Part shown: positions 1 to 11,022 of the stretch, piece by piece
How the letters are laid out: each line of letters opens with the position of its first letter
How positions within the stretch are numbered: position 1 is the first letter of the stretch
Assembly (NCBI GenBank): GCA_040222015.1
Contig: JAVJWO010000165.1
Span: 28,712-92,711, forward strand
Direction of reading: 5' to 3'
Source: Coleofasciculus chthonoplastes F2-STO-03
GTDB taxonomy: Bacteria; Cyanobacteriota; Cyanobacteriia; Cyanobacteriales; Coleofasciculaceae
DNA length: 64,000 nt
Translations under genes and position numbers: made by a program
The notes under the pieces: model-generated
Database searches by the model: none
What the model was told of the DNA's origin: nothing
The model's input: the letters and a program-made list of their open reading frames with translations, nothing else

Positions 1-1
1 A

Positions 2-382
2 CAAGCAACTTTGGAACTAGAGAATAGTGAGCATCTAGATTGGTATCGATGTATTATAGGCATCAATGAGTTTATAAAATCCCATCATCAAAGTATTAGA
101 CGAGTAGAAGATAAACAAATTGGTTGGTGGTTTATTAAACCTCGTGATGGCAAAGTTTCGTTGGATCAAGTAAAAGATAAAGTAATGTTCTATTTGTGGG
201 ATAGTGTATTTGCCAGAGACAAAAGACCTTTAGTGCAACTTTTTGCAGAATCATTGAATGACACAAACTTAACTACTTATGCCGATTTCGTGAGGTATGC
301 AGAAGAGTTTATCAAAAATATGCATAATAGTGTACTTACTTTAGAATATGAAGATGAGTTAGAATATCTTCCTGATTTTTGA
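2..382 (+). CDS. C-terminal part of McrB/LlaJI-R1-like AAA+ GTPase restriction subunit (gene starts before window)
   Basis: Frame open from window edge; EDKQIGWWFIK...DKVMFYLWDSVF resembles McrB-family C-termini; directly upstream of a LlaJI-type nuclease. Confidence 0.65.
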   Translation, partial: QATLELENSEHLDWYRCIIGINEFIKSHHQSIRRVEDKQIGWWFIKPRDGKVSLDQVKDKVMFYLWDSVFARDKRPLVQLFAESLNDTNLTTYADFVRYAEEFIKNMHNSVLTLEYEDELEYLPDF

Positions 383-385
383 ATA

Positions 386-2224
386 ATGATAGATTTTAAA
401 GAACTGCAATTAGAGGTTAATAAAACCTATTCATTTGTAGGTATAGAAATACGAAAGTCCCAGCTAATATTATGCTTGCCTAAAGGATTTGATCCAAGCT
501 TGTTTACTACTTACGACAGCAAGCGAGACTTGTTTTTTCAGTTTTATAGGGTATTGAATCATTTCAAAGAAATTTGCCTCCAGAAAGATTATCTTAAATT
601 AGACGCTGATATCAAAACTCAGGATAGGGACGGTGTAATCAGAAATCAGGGAAGTATTCAGCGAATCAGCTTACCTGATGTTGAGATAGAAGAAAGTATT
701 TTTTACTCGAAGTTAGATCTGATTGATTCTATTCTCAACGCTTATGATGAGCTTAAAATATTGTCTTTAGCTGATAGATTGGGAAAATCGGAGAAAATAG
801 ACTACAGCAAACTGCATTCATTTCTACACCGTGCGGTGTATTTGGATAACGGCGTAGCATATATTGATGCTATGACATTACCCCGGCAGATGATGCATTA
901 CCAGCCCACTGATATCGTTGGTATGTACTGCTATATCCTGGTAGAGGTTAAGCAGCAGTTGCATGAAGAAGTTAGCGGTGAAGTTACTGCTTTAGCCGAA
1001 CGGTTTAAGCACAAGTATATTGATGCCGAGTCTGGCTTATTTCATGCTGAGTATAGCAGTCAAACTGTTGATAGTCTTAAAGATGCACTGGAATTAATTG
1101 ATAGAAACACTGCCCTTAAAGATACAGATTACTGGTATTTTCATGATGCAATTGAGTTATTTTTGCATGGGGAGCTATCTCAAACTGATGAAGGAAAAAT
1201 CTGGGGAATAAAAAACTTTTATAGTGTTTGGGAGTCCATGTGCCTGACGTACTTAGCAAAGACAGTTTTACCCGAATATATCTTGCACTTAGATACCAGA
1301 TTTCTCTCTAATAATGTAGTATCATTAGCTAATAGTAATACCAAGATAGTGGATCTAGCTAATGTCTTTAGTATTAATGGTAGGCGATTAGTACCAGATG
1401 CGGTTGTATTTTCTACTGGTTTCCATGAATTTAGGTGGAGAGAAAAAAATACTATTTTCTTGAAAAAACAAACTTATAAGGGGACTACATGGGATGACTA
1501 TGGCTATACAACTAAATTCGAGTCACCTGATTTTGCTGAAGTTGATTTGAAAATAGCTTATGAAGGTCAGCCTTTAAATAAACATACTTTTGAAGAGTTA
1601 GAAAAAATTTATAGGAATCAAAATAATCAACTCATTATCAATAGTCAATTGCCTAGCAATTTTTATTCCTTTTGGGAAATAGATCTTAAACAGTTAAGTT
1701 TCAAATCGCTAGATATGATATTTAAGCTAAATCACGTTTTTTACGTGGCTTTAAATAAAGCTATCTTTACTCCAGATAAATTTGAGAAATTTTTATTGGA
1801 TGAGTTTGGTTTTAATGAAGACAATGTCTTTAATAACTCCTTGTTTAGACGTGAGCTAATAAAATTAACAATAAAAGAATTAATTGATGAATTTACAAGT
1901 TTTACAAGTTTTTTCCGCACAGTATGCTCTTTGAAAGTGATTGACATAAAATACTTATCCCTAGCCTACTGTCGCGACATTAAGAATCGTCGTTATCTTA
2001 AAGAAGAAAGTATCAGAAAACAATTTGTCTATGAATATCTCTTGCAAAAATTTGTTGGTGGCAATGATAGTTTTAATGATTTAGATATTAAGAGTGAGTT
2101 CTGGATACCTTCCTGTCAAAATGATTCTGAGATCATCAAGGAAGTTGAGCCAGAGTACCTAGAGGGATATATTAGTTTAAAAAATATCAATTTTGCCGCT
2201 CTTGTTAATAGCTACTTAGATTAG
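386..2224 (+). CDS. LlaJI/McrC-like PD-(D/E)xK restriction endonuclease subunit
   Basis: YSFVGI..LPKGF N-terminus, FYSVWESMC, LVPDAV and VIDIKY motifs; AT-rich. Confidence 0.65.
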   Translation: MIDFKELQLEVNKTYSFVGIEIRKSQLILCLPKGFDPSLFTTYDSKRDLFFQFYRVLNHFKEICLQKDYLKLDADIKTQDRDGVIRNQGSIQRISLPDVEIEESIFYSKLDLIDSILNAYDELKILSLADRLGKSEKIDYSKLHSFLHRAVYLDNGVAYIDAMTLPRQMMHYQPTDIVGMYCYILVEVKQQLHEEVSGEVTALAERFKHKYIDAESGLFHAEYSSQTVDSLKDALELIDRNTALKDTDYWYFHDAIELFLHGELSQTDEGKIWGIKNFYSVWESMCLTYLAKTVLPEYILHLDTRFLSNNVVSLANSNTKIVDLANVFSINGRRLVPDAVVFSTGFHEFRWREKNTIFLKKQTYKGTTWDDYGYTTKFESPDFAEVDLKIAYEGQPLNKHTFEELEKIYRNQNNQLIINSQLPSNFYSFWEIDLKQLSFKSLDMIFKLNHVFYVALNKAIFTPDKFEKFLLDEFGFNEDNVFNNSLFRRELIKLTIKELIDEFTSFTSFFRTVCSLKVIDIKYLSLAYCRDIKNRRYLKEESIRKQFVYEYLLQKFVGGNDSFNDLDIKSEFWIPSCQNDSEIIKEVEPEYLEGYISLKNINFAALVNSYLD

Positions 2225-2229
2225 CCGAA

Positions 2230-2832
2230 ATGTCATCAACAAAAGAACAACTCCTGCAACGAATAGAAGCATTAGGGCTACAGCAAGCCCTCTTTCCCGC
2301 AAATGGAGAGCCAATTAATGAAATTGTATACCAGCTCGAAAACCTTAATCCCATTCCCAACCCACTCCACCCCGACTCTCTTCCCTCTCTACTCGGTAAC
2401 TGGGAATTGATCTACGCCTCAAGAGGAACCGTTGTTACCCGCCAACTGGCATCAATTCCAGATTTGGGGGAAACCCTAAAAATCAAACGGGTGTGGCAAA
2501 CCTTAGTTGCAGGTGATACCCAGAAAATCTGTGCCTCTAACGGTGCATTTCTGGACTTACCTCTGCTAGGAGAATGGCGGTTACAAGCTGATGGAGTTTG
2601 GACGTGGGACACTCCCGATCGCACTGCTAATGTTACCTTTAATGCATTCTCCCTGCAAGCAACCAAACCCTTTAATCTGGAAAACTGGAGCCTTCCTGAA
2701 TTGAAAATCCCCGTCTGGGAATTCTTCCGCAATCAGGCTTTATGGACAACCTCCTACCTCGATCCAGAAATCCGGGTAGGGCGAGGTGCAACAGGCAATC
2801 TGTTTGTATTTCGTCGTCGCGATCGCCTCTGA
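2230..2832 (+). CDS. PAP/fibrillin family protein
   Basis: QLENLNPIPNP, LLGNWELIYAS and TSYLDPEIRVGRG..GNLFVF fibrillin motifs. Confidence 0.85.
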   Translation: MSSTKEQLLQRIEALGLQQALFPANGEPINEIVYQLENLNPIPNPLHPDSLPSLLGNWELIYASRGTVVTRQLASIPDLGETLKIKRVWQTLVAGDTQKICASNGAFLDLPLLGEWRLQADGVWTWDTPDRTANVTFNAFSLQATKPFNLENWSLPELKIPVWEFFRNQALWTTSYLDPEIRVGRGATGNLFVFRRRDRL

Positions 2833-3014
2833 TACACAACCTTAACATTTATAGTCAGAAAGGGGAGAGCGCGACATAGAGGAAATTAACCGACGTCTAA
2901 ATTGAATCTAATCAAAGTCCCCCTTTTGAAGGGGGATTTAGGGGGATCTAAACTTTGGGCGCTAGTCATACAAAGTCTTAATTTGACACCAATGCACGTC
3001 GGTGCGCCCCTACC

Positions 3015-3980
3015 TTATCGCTGAATTTGAGCGAAGATTTCGTCTAATATCTCTTGCGCCCCTTGCTGACGTAATAGTTGAGCCAGTTCCACCCCTAAAG
3101 CTTCCGCCTCAGTCGCCTCCCCGGTCACGGTATCTTTAATTAAGCTTGTTCCATCTAAACGGGCAACCATACCTGTAAGGATTAGGCTATTCCCTTTAAT
3201 CTCTGTATTTACGCCAATGGGGACTTGACAACCGCCTTCGAGTTCTCGTAAAAATGCCCGTTCTGCATAACACCGTTGTGCGGTTGGGGAATGTTCAATG
3301 GCTTTGAGTACATCCAAGATTTCTGGATCATCCCCCCGACATTCTATGCCCAACGCCCCTTGTCCAACGGCATGGAGGGAAATCTCCGAGGGTATAACTT
3401 GGTGGATGCGATCGCTCATATCCAATCGTTTTAACCCAGCGGCGGCTAAAATCAAAGCGTCAAACTCTCCAGCATCCAGTTTTCCGAGTCGGGTATTCAG
3501 ATTTCCGCGAATATCTTTAAACGTGAAATGGGGGAAGTGGTAGCGCAATTGTGCCAAACGCCGCAGGGATGAGGTGCCAATTACCGCACCTTCGGGAAGC
3601 GTATCCAGTTGCTTACCTTGGTGCTTAGCGTGAACCACCAATGCGTCAGCGGGGTTTTCGCGTTCCGTCACACACCCCAAGACTAATCCTTCTGGTAACG
3701 CGGTGGGCAAATCCTTGAGGGAATGCACCGCTAAATCAATCTCCTGATTCAGCATCCCTACTTCCAATTCCTTGGTAAAGAGTCCCTTATCACCAATCTT
3801 GGAGAGTGCCACATCCAAGATTTTATCCCCGTGGGTACTCATCGTCTGGACTTCAAAGTCCCGATCCGGGTAGTGTTTTTTTAGTTGTTCCTGTACCCAA
3901 TAGGTTTGCACCAAAGCCAATTGGCTTTTGCGGGAACCGATACGAATCGTGCGAGCAGGACTGGTAACAGTGGAGGACAT
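3015..3980 (-). CDS. hemC: Hydroxymethylbilane synthase (porphobilinogen deaminase)
   Basis: [41 protein letters not shown]. Confidence 0.98.
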   Translation of the reverse strand: MSSTVTSPARTIRIGSRKSQLALVQTYWVQEQLKKHYPDRDFEVQTMSTHGDKILDVALSKIGDKGLFTKELEVGMLNQEIDLAVHSLKDLPTALPEGLVLGCVTERENPADALVVHAKHQGKQLDTLPEGAVIGTSSLRRLAQLRYHFPHFTFKDIRGNLNTRLGKLDAGEFDALILAAAGLKRLDMSDRIHQVIPSEISLHAVGQGALGIECRGDDPEILDVLKAIEHSPTAQRCYAERAFLRELEGGCQVPIGVNTEIKGNSLILTGMVARLDGTSLIKDTVTGEATEAEALGVELAQLLRQQGAQEILDEIFAQIQR

Positions 3981-4146
3981 AGAGCGATCGCGTCAAACAA
4001 ATATAAAGAGTCACCTACACTAGACTACCGCAGTTTGGTCATTCGGTCTTTGTCCTTTGTCACTCTTCCCTATTCCCTGTTCCCCTTCCCCTGTTCCCTT
4101 GTCATTACCAATAACGATAAGTTGGTTTTGGTAATCTCAGTATTCG

Positions 4147-4691
4147 TTATACGCTGTTGCGATTTTGCACCGTATTTGCCAAGGGAATCGGTGAAAGTTG
4201 GCGGGTGGTATCCGAAAAATCGATAATGGTCAACGTATCGTGGGGATTAAGTCCCTGGATAAAGCGGCGCATTAATTCCTGACATTTGTTTAAAGGTTCG
4301 CCACTTTGAGAACCAGAAGTGTCAATCAAAAACACTACATCTTTGGGGACGAATTCATCCGGGTTATATTCAATCGCCGGAATCAGATAAACCGCAAAAT
4401 GTCCGCCACGATTGTCGGTTTGAGAGAGGACTGTAGTTTGCGTGCGATCGCCTGCGACTTGATAGCGTAAAATTAAGTCCTTATTGGGAATGGTATCTCT
4501 TCGAGATAGCGTGACTCGTATTCGCTGTTCTTAGCGCTCAATTTGAATCTGGTGTAAGGGAGAATCCACATCTTTAATCTCAACCCCAGCATCAATATCC
4601 ACGGTTACATTAATATCATGTCCAGAACCGGTTCCAGGGGGTACAATTGGCGCATTTAAGCGGGACGCATCGGGGACTAAATCGGTGTCTT
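4147..4691 (-). pseudogene. Internal fragment of VIT/vWA-domain protein with in-frame stop
   Basis: Frame reads DTDLVPDASRLNAP...QIER*EQRIRVTL...PNKDLILRY...KDVVFLIDTSGSQSG (MIDAS); stop at 4531-4533; both ends missing. Confidence 0.75.
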
Positions 4692-5021
4692 GATATAGAG
4701 TTAATTGAAACGATCGTGGTTTATAAATTTCCGCAATTGAGTCGGCAGGAGATTGCAGCAATGTTTGGATTGAGTGAGTTGAAGCAGACGCGAGTCTATC
4801 AGGAAGCGCTGGAGGAAGGAAGGCAACGAGAGGGAGTAGTGCTGGTTCTCCGTTTGCTCAATCGTCGAGTTGGAGTAATGAGTCGAGAACTCCAAGCAAA
4901 GGTTGAAGCGCTATCGCTGGAGCAAGTAGAGGCATTGGCAGAGGCGTTGTTGGATTTTTCTGGAGTGGAGGAGTTGGTGAGTTGGTTGGATAGGCAGGAT
5001 GAGCATCCTCCAGTGGCTTGA
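4692..5021 (+). pseudogene. C-terminal fragment of Rpn/DUF4351-type protein
   Basis: IELIETIVVYKFPQLSRQEI..ELKQTRVYQEALEEG..LSLEQVEALAEALLDF; N-terminal part absent. Confidence 0.7.
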
Positions 5022-5087
5022 TAAAATTCTGCCCGGAGTTTAAACTCCGGGCTAATAGCTTAAGTCCACTGAAGTGGACTGAAAACC

Positions 5088-5241
5088 CTGGTTGACTGAC
5101 AAAACTTAACCCCCTCATCCCCCAACCCCTTCTCCCACAAGGGGTGAAGGGGAACCGGAAGAGTTGAAGCTTCTCAAAGTCCCTCTCCCGCTTTGGGAGA
5201 GGGATTTAGGGTGAGGGCAAAGGACTTTTGTCAGTCAATCA
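5088..5241. mobile_element. Cyanobacterial MITE (Nezha-like) inserted in a REP-like repeat
   Basis: TIRs CTGGTTGACTGACAAAA / TTTTGTCAGTCAATCAA; 10-bp target duplication ACTGAAAACC at 5078-5087 and 5242-5251. Confidence 0.75.
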
Positions 5242-5324
5242 ACTGAAAACCTTGTCCAGTCCTCTTTAGAGGACTTTTGCTATTAGCCAGGGAATTGATT
5301 CCCTGGCGGATGGGGCTTCACCAT

Positions 5325-7709
5325 CTACATTGGCTTCCAAGTATTCAGGGATTCTCGAATAGAAGTCAAATCACTCAGATACTCATTTAGTGCGGTTTTT
5401 TGATCCTCAAGTTTTGCACGAATGTGATCAGCCTCAGCTTCTTTCGTCTCCCGATCCCTCAGCAAGGTGTCAAGAACCTCTTGACACCTTTTCATGTATT
5501 GGTTGATTTGCTTCTCAGCCATATTGAAGTCTGCTGAAACCTGTACTTGAATCACTCGCTGTAAAAGTTCTCGGCTTCCAGATGCCTGATTATTTATCTT
5601 CTCCTTGATTACCCGTGCCGTTTCGTGCAAGTCAACTTCGTAGAAGGAGTTTTCCTCTGTAATTTTGACATCAACTTCATATGGCACTTCTTCTATGTAA
5701 AAATCAACAGGCTTGCATAAACTATCACCTACCTTCATTCTGAGTTCTGAGCGATATTTAGTTTCTCTCTTTAACCTCGTATATACCTTTACTTGATGTT
5801 GGATTTGTGCATCTATTCCTTCAAATTAAAAATTAGGAAACTGGATGGTATTAATGTTTAGTTCAACTTGCAATGATTCTCCAAGATAACTTGACAATTC
5901 ATTTGATATTTCTTGGATATCCTTTTGGATCTTTTCTACCAACTCCTCTCGAATTCGTGTTCCTTCTCTGACAAGAGCGTCTTGTGTGTCTATCCACCAA
6001 CTCTGAATGTGAGGAGAGCAAAAGTTATTGATAATATTCCCAATTTTTTGGGCTTCTTCACTGTTCTTAACCCTAATTTTGTATGGATCTAACTTTTCAT
6101 ATTGCTCAAATTCAGGATTATTAAATGATTCGGGTATGGTGTTAATCAGAATATCTAGTAGAGGCGATATTACTTTGAAAGATTTAGCGAAGCTTTTCCC
6201 TACGCCAGGAATATGCTCTAACATAGAACCTGCTATGTTCTTAATATTTCTGAAGAGATTTTTTACACCAAAATCATCATTACTCTGTATGATTTCTCCA
6301 GATATGGGTATAACTTCAGACTTTGGGCGCTTAGAATCTCTGGCATCAGCAATTTTCTTAATCTCATCATCAATTTTTAACTTAGCACCCTCAGCAAAAG
6401 CACTGATTCCTTGGCTAAACCCCCTAATTAATATCTGTTTTTGTTCTTCTACAGAGTCTTCTACAGTCTTAACCTTCCTTTTAGCAGATTCAGAGCGCTG
6501 CCTAAACTCTTCTACCTTTTGTTTGAGAGCTTCCAGTTCCATCTCCCAACCTCGGATTTGTGTATTGAGAGTATCTTCTATTGCTTTTGCCGCTTTATCA
6601 AGTTTTGCTAAAACATCATTCAAAAGATTCCATCCCGAATTTTGAATGATAGTTTGAATAACTGTATCCTCAACAGTAGGGATTCCACTATCTTTTAAAG
6701 CTTGTGGTGCAATCTTTCGAGGCGCAGGAGTAACGAGATCGCCTTCCTCATTCTCTGTAGCATACTTGGCACTAAAGAACCTTTTGAAGTCCTTTAGCTG
6801 GCTCTCTGCTGCTGTACTTTGCTGAATTAGCTTCGCCAATAACCCTTGCCATGCACTTACAGGGTAGACATTTGGTTCTGGAATGCCAAAGCTGATCAAC
6901 GTTTCCTTTAAATCTTTAATTACATCAGCAATTTCTCGATCCCTCTCTGACTTCCGGTCAACTTTGTTGAGGATAAAGTAAATTTTTCCGGTGTTCTCTG
7001 CCAGAAACTCTCCACGCTGTTCTATTAAATCTTGCAGCAACTCTGAATTAGTGTTGTCTTTAAACGAAGAGTAATCCAAAACAAACAAAATTGCATTACA
7101 AGTGCGTAGAGCTTCTAATGCCGTCTGTTTCAGTGCAACTGTATTGAATCCAGTAGACTGCCATTCATTTGGTCCCGGTGTATCAACTAAGGTGAAGCCT
7201 GCCAGAGATGAGTATTTACTGATTGCCTCAATGGGATGCCACAGTTCAAAACGTGTGGTGTTGTCAGAGTTATTATTCTCTCGAATTTCACGGGTACGAT
7301 TAAGAAAATCTTGCCGAATCTTTCCACTGTCACCCTTAGCAATTAGAATGGGCTTCCTTTGTCCCTGTCGATACTCCAAAAGATTGGGTACTTGTCCAGC
7401 TTCCAACAGGCGGACATCGGTACGGCAAACGGTACAGGCTTCTGATTCACTCGCTAAAATATCCGCACCAATCATGGCATTTAGGAAGGTACTCTTACCT
7501 GCCTTCATTGCAGCAATCACGGCGACTTGATACTTTTGAGCTTGCAAAGCCTCCAGAGCTTTGTTGAGTTCATCCTCAATACTGTGCAATCCCTCGCTAT
7601 TATTTCCCTCACTGCGGCGTCCCTCTTCAATCTCTCGAAGGTACTGCAAAAGCCGCGTACCAGTGCTATGGATGCTTTCGTATGTCGCTTGGAACTGCTC
7701 AGAAGACAT
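5325..7709 (-). pseudogene. Bacterial dynamin-like GTPase (CrfC/LeoA-type) split by one in-frame TAA
   Basis: AAMKAGKST, DTPG and NKVD GTPase motifs; ORFs 5826-7709 and 5325-5738 share a frame: FPNF*FEGIDAQIQ... Confidence 0.8.
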
Positions 7710-7736
7710 TCTGTAATGACCTTTCCGCGAAAGTAG

Positions 7737-7973
7737 CTAACTTAGCAACAGTCTAGCTGAACAAAACAAAATTGAAACTCCTAGCTCGCGAGCCAAAGCA
7801 ACTGCCCGATCCACTCGTGGCAGTTTGACCCCATTTTCCCAGTCGTAAATCTGGCGCTCAGAAACTCCCATACGGTTTCCTAGTTCAGCTCGGGTAAGTC
7901 CCGCAGCTTCTCTGAATAGTCTTAATTGAGATTTCCCTTCGTTTGAATCAGTCATAGCGGAACTAAAATTCAT
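7737..7973 (-). CDS. XRE-family HTH transcriptional regulator
   Basis: LRLFREAAGLTRAELGNRMGVSERQIYDWENG..P. Confidence 0.85.
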   Translation of the reverse strand: MNFSSAMTDSNEGKSQLRLFREAAGLTRAELGNRMGVSERQIYDWENGVKLPRVDRAVALARELGVSILFCSARLLLS

Positions 7974-8020
7974 GAACTTTAGCTCTTGACAAGGACAAGC
8001 AACCGGAGCTAAAGTTCATG
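7960..8020. promoter_or_regulatory. Putative XRE operator array
   Basis: Perfect 15-bp inverted repeat CATGAACTTTAGCTC (7971-7985) / GAGCTAAAGTTCATG (8006-8020) plus a variant at 7960-7974, overlapping the XRE start. Confidence 0.55.
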
Positions 8021-8539
8021 TTGTGAACAGGATATAAAGACCAGTAGGTTTATTTCTGGTTTATCAAAAACATCCGTTGGTTGCTCTGAACGATAAACAA
8101 AGACTGACTGTTCCTCTGGATCAATGAGCCATCCCATCTGGCTATCGTACTTTAAACAGTGCAGAATATTCTTAGTAACTTTTGTCTGGCTTTGGTCTGG
8201 GGAGAGAATTTCAATCGTCCAGTCAGGCGCGATCGCAAAAACATTCGCTACCTTACCATTCTCCTGACGTGGAATCCGCTCCCAAGTAAACACACCAATA
8301 TCAGCCACAATTGAGCGTCCGCCAAATGTACACCGAAGTTCCGAAAACGCCCGGGCAATCCGCTTTGATCTGAGGGCGGCGTTAATGGCGGGGGCTAACT
8401 CAGTTTGAATGGCGCTGTGTTCTCCTTGAGGCATGGGTTTTTGGATAATTTTCCCGTCAATATACTCGCTCGCAGGTTCTGTTTCTGGCTGTTCGAGAAA
8501 CTCTTCTAATGTCAGGATTTGAGTCGGTGTTTGTACCAT
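8009..8539 (-). CDS. Uma2-family endonuclease (possibly 3'-truncated)
   Basis: LTLEEFL..SEYIDGKIIQKPMP..APDWTIEILSPDQS. Confidence 0.85.
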   Translation of the reverse strand: MVQTPTQILTLEEFLEQPETEPASEYIDGKIIQKPMPQGEHSAIQTELAPAINAALRSKRIARAFSELRCTFGGRSIVADIGVFTWERIPRQENGKVANVFAIAPDWTIEILSPDQSQTKVTKNILHCLKYDSQMGWLIDPEEQSVFVYRSEQPTDVFDKPEINLLVFISCSQHEL

Positions 8540-9344
8540 TGATTTACCTTTACCAGCAGACATTCATACGGTTTTTATAGCAATAGACACATCGATTAGG
8601 ACGTTCGGCACCATTGTAGAGACGCGCCATGGCGCGTCTCTACATAAATGATGTGTCCTAACAGCCATGGCGGTTGCTATACTTGCTATTGTATTAAGCT
8701 TAGGACTTACCTAAAGCATCACTGTAGGGGCGCATGGCGTGCGCCCATAAAATGTGATGCAAATCTATTCCACAATTTTAGCTGTGTCAGTCCAGTAGCG
8801 TAAGCTGTTCGGCATTTAAACCTTAATATCAATAATGGCGAAATCATTGCAGTGCGTTAAGCGAAGCCATGCCGCAGGCTTTGCATCTTGCTCGCTACTA
8901 TAGCAGGTAGCTCTGGTGTATTTACAACTTCCATACCTGAAGCTGATTCCAGATGAAAAGTTCGTACAAACAAAGTGTAACTAGACCAGCGCGAAGCGCT
9001 ATAATACCCAATTTAAATGCATGACAGCTTAACGCACCTTTACCACGATATGTGGTGTAGCTAATAATAGGGCACGATAGTATCGTGTCCCTACGAAGCT
9101 CTCCAATATAACTTGACATTAGTAACACACGATGATCACTTTCAGGAAATTCAAAACCGACTAACTGTTGCTTGGTGAGTTGTGCGATCGCGCTGTTCCC
9201 TCTTCATTACCAATAACGATAGGAATAAAAGACTATGAGCGATGAAGGTTACGTTAAGTATCAATGGCAGTGAAGGGTGAATTGTAGGGGCGGGTTTAGC
9301 CGTTAAAACTCGCTTAAGAGCCAATAACTGATCAACAAAACCCG

Positions 9345-9552
9345 CCCTTATTCAGATAGGGATGGGTTTAGCCACTAATATCGTTGTAAGTTAGGTAAAC
9401 CACAGGACACTTAACAGGATTTAGGGCTTTAGCCCTAACTACGAACCTGCCCTTATTCAGGTAGGGATTGGTTTAGCCACTAATATGTTGTAAGTTAGGT
9501 AAACCATAGGACACTTAACAGAATTTAGGGCTCGCATCCCTAACTACGAAAC
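9345..9552. repeat. Tandem duplication of a ~104-bp unit
   Basis: GCCCTTATTCAG..GGTTTAGCCACTAATAT..GGACACTTAACAG..CCCTAACTACGAA present twice. Confidence 0.85.
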
Positions 9553-9691
9553 GAACTTGCATAAGTCTTACCCGCTGGGAAATATGTGGTAGTAGACTCT
9601 ACTCACCACGGATTTACTACCCATACAGCAGCTTTCTTTGGTGAGTGCGATTGGTCTTGAGAAAATCAAAGCTGCTGTTCTGGAAAAGACA

Positions 9692-10750
9692 ATGAACAGT
9701 TCTATAAAAATTGTACAGTATATCAAACCATCTCATTTATTTCTCGCTGCTTATGGGATGTCGATATCTCTCACGATTTGGGCAATCCAATCCGATTCCT
9801 ACACTGTCTTTATTGCCTTGGTTTGCGTCATCGCCTCCATTATTGGTGCAAATTTAGCCCATCGTTGGGTGATGCAGGGCGTTACCTTGGATACCATCGA
9901 TAAAGCGCTGAAACATCATCAGCGACTGGTGTATATTATTCTATTTGGGATGGGTGCGATCGCGACGAGTTTGGCTTCACTTATTCTGCTACAAGGTGTC
10001 AAGGTTACAGACTTAACCATTTTTGCCACAAATCTGCTATTACCCCACTGGATTCCGACAATTATTTTACTTTATATTGCAGAATATCTAAACCTTTTTA
10101 TCCTCGGATTAGGATGTTTTGCTTTAGGATTGGTTGTGTTTTTCGTGGGATTTGGTCGAGGAATCTCTCAACCTCTACCTTTATTAATGGCTACCGTTAT
10201 CGGAATGATACTACCATTAGCCATATTTAGCCATTACTTACTCCCCGTCACAGGGATGCTAGGCGAACCTTTTGTGGTTGAGGGCGTGGTGCTACAAACC
10301 ACTTCTCATACCTGCGCCCCGGCTAGCATTGCGACTCTGGCTCGTTGGGTAGGCTTAGACCCCAGTTTATCAGAGCGAGATGTGGTTCAACTCACCCATA
10401 CGAGTCGATTGGGAACCACGGCTTTAGCCGAAATTCGGGCAATGCGCCAGTTAGGACTCGCGCCAAAGTACCAACGTCAGTTAACTATAGCTGATTTAAT
10501 TACCACGAATCAACCGGCTGTTCTCAGTGTCAATGAAGATGTAGATGGCGTCATCTTTTTACATGCTGTTGTCCTATTATCTATCAATCCAGAATCACAA
10601 ACTGTAACAATTGGCAACCCTCTCTATGGGCGTCAGGTGAAAACTTTTGACCATATTAACGGATATTGGACAGGTGATGCTGTATTTGTCAACAATCCCA
10701 AAGCCCAAAAATTGCATAACCCCAACTCGGCTAGAGATATACCGCAGTAG
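9692..10750 (+). CDS. Membrane protein with C-terminal peptidase C39-like domain (paralog 1)
   Basis: Several TM segments then QTTSHTCAPAS...HAVVL...IGNPLYG; start moved to ATG 9692 by comparison with paralog 2. Confidence 0.75.
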   Translation: MNSSIKIVQYIKPSHLFLAAYGMSISLTIWAIQSDSYTVFIALVCVIASIIGANLAHRWVMQGVTLDTIDKALKHHQRLVYIILFGMGAIATSLASLILLQGVKVTDLTIFATNLLLPHWIPTIILLYIAEYLNLFILGLGCFALGLVVFFVGFGRGISQPLPLLMATVIGMILPLAIFSHYLLPVTGMLGEPFVVEGVVLQTTSHTCAPASIATLARWVGLDPSLSERDVVQLTHTSRLGTTALAEIRAMRQLGLAPKYQRQLTIADLITTNQPAVLSVNEDVDGVIFLHAVVLLSINPESQTVTIGNPLYGRQVKTFDHINGYWTGDAVFVNNPKAQKLHNPNSARDIPQ

Positions 10751-11022
10751 ACTCCACTCGCCACGGATTTACTACCCCATACAGCAGCTTTCTTTGGTGA
10801 GTGCGATCGCACCCTATAGCCATCCTATTCGAGTTGGGAGTTAGATTCCCCACAAGTCGGGATTCTCAGCCTGACGAATCCGGGTTAATTCCTATAGGTA
10901 AACCACTCAAATTTTGCGCCATTATGTACTAATGTAACAGAGAGTGGGCAAGAAATCCAAAGGTTGAAACGCTTCCAATTTTTGGGTTCAAAACAATCAA
11001 AGCTGCTGTTGTTGAAACAACG

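Noticed and set aside
8570..9340. ORF 8922-9128 and a possible ncRNA in this intergenic stretch
   Set aside because: The region consists largely of dispersed palindromic repeats found elsewhere in the window
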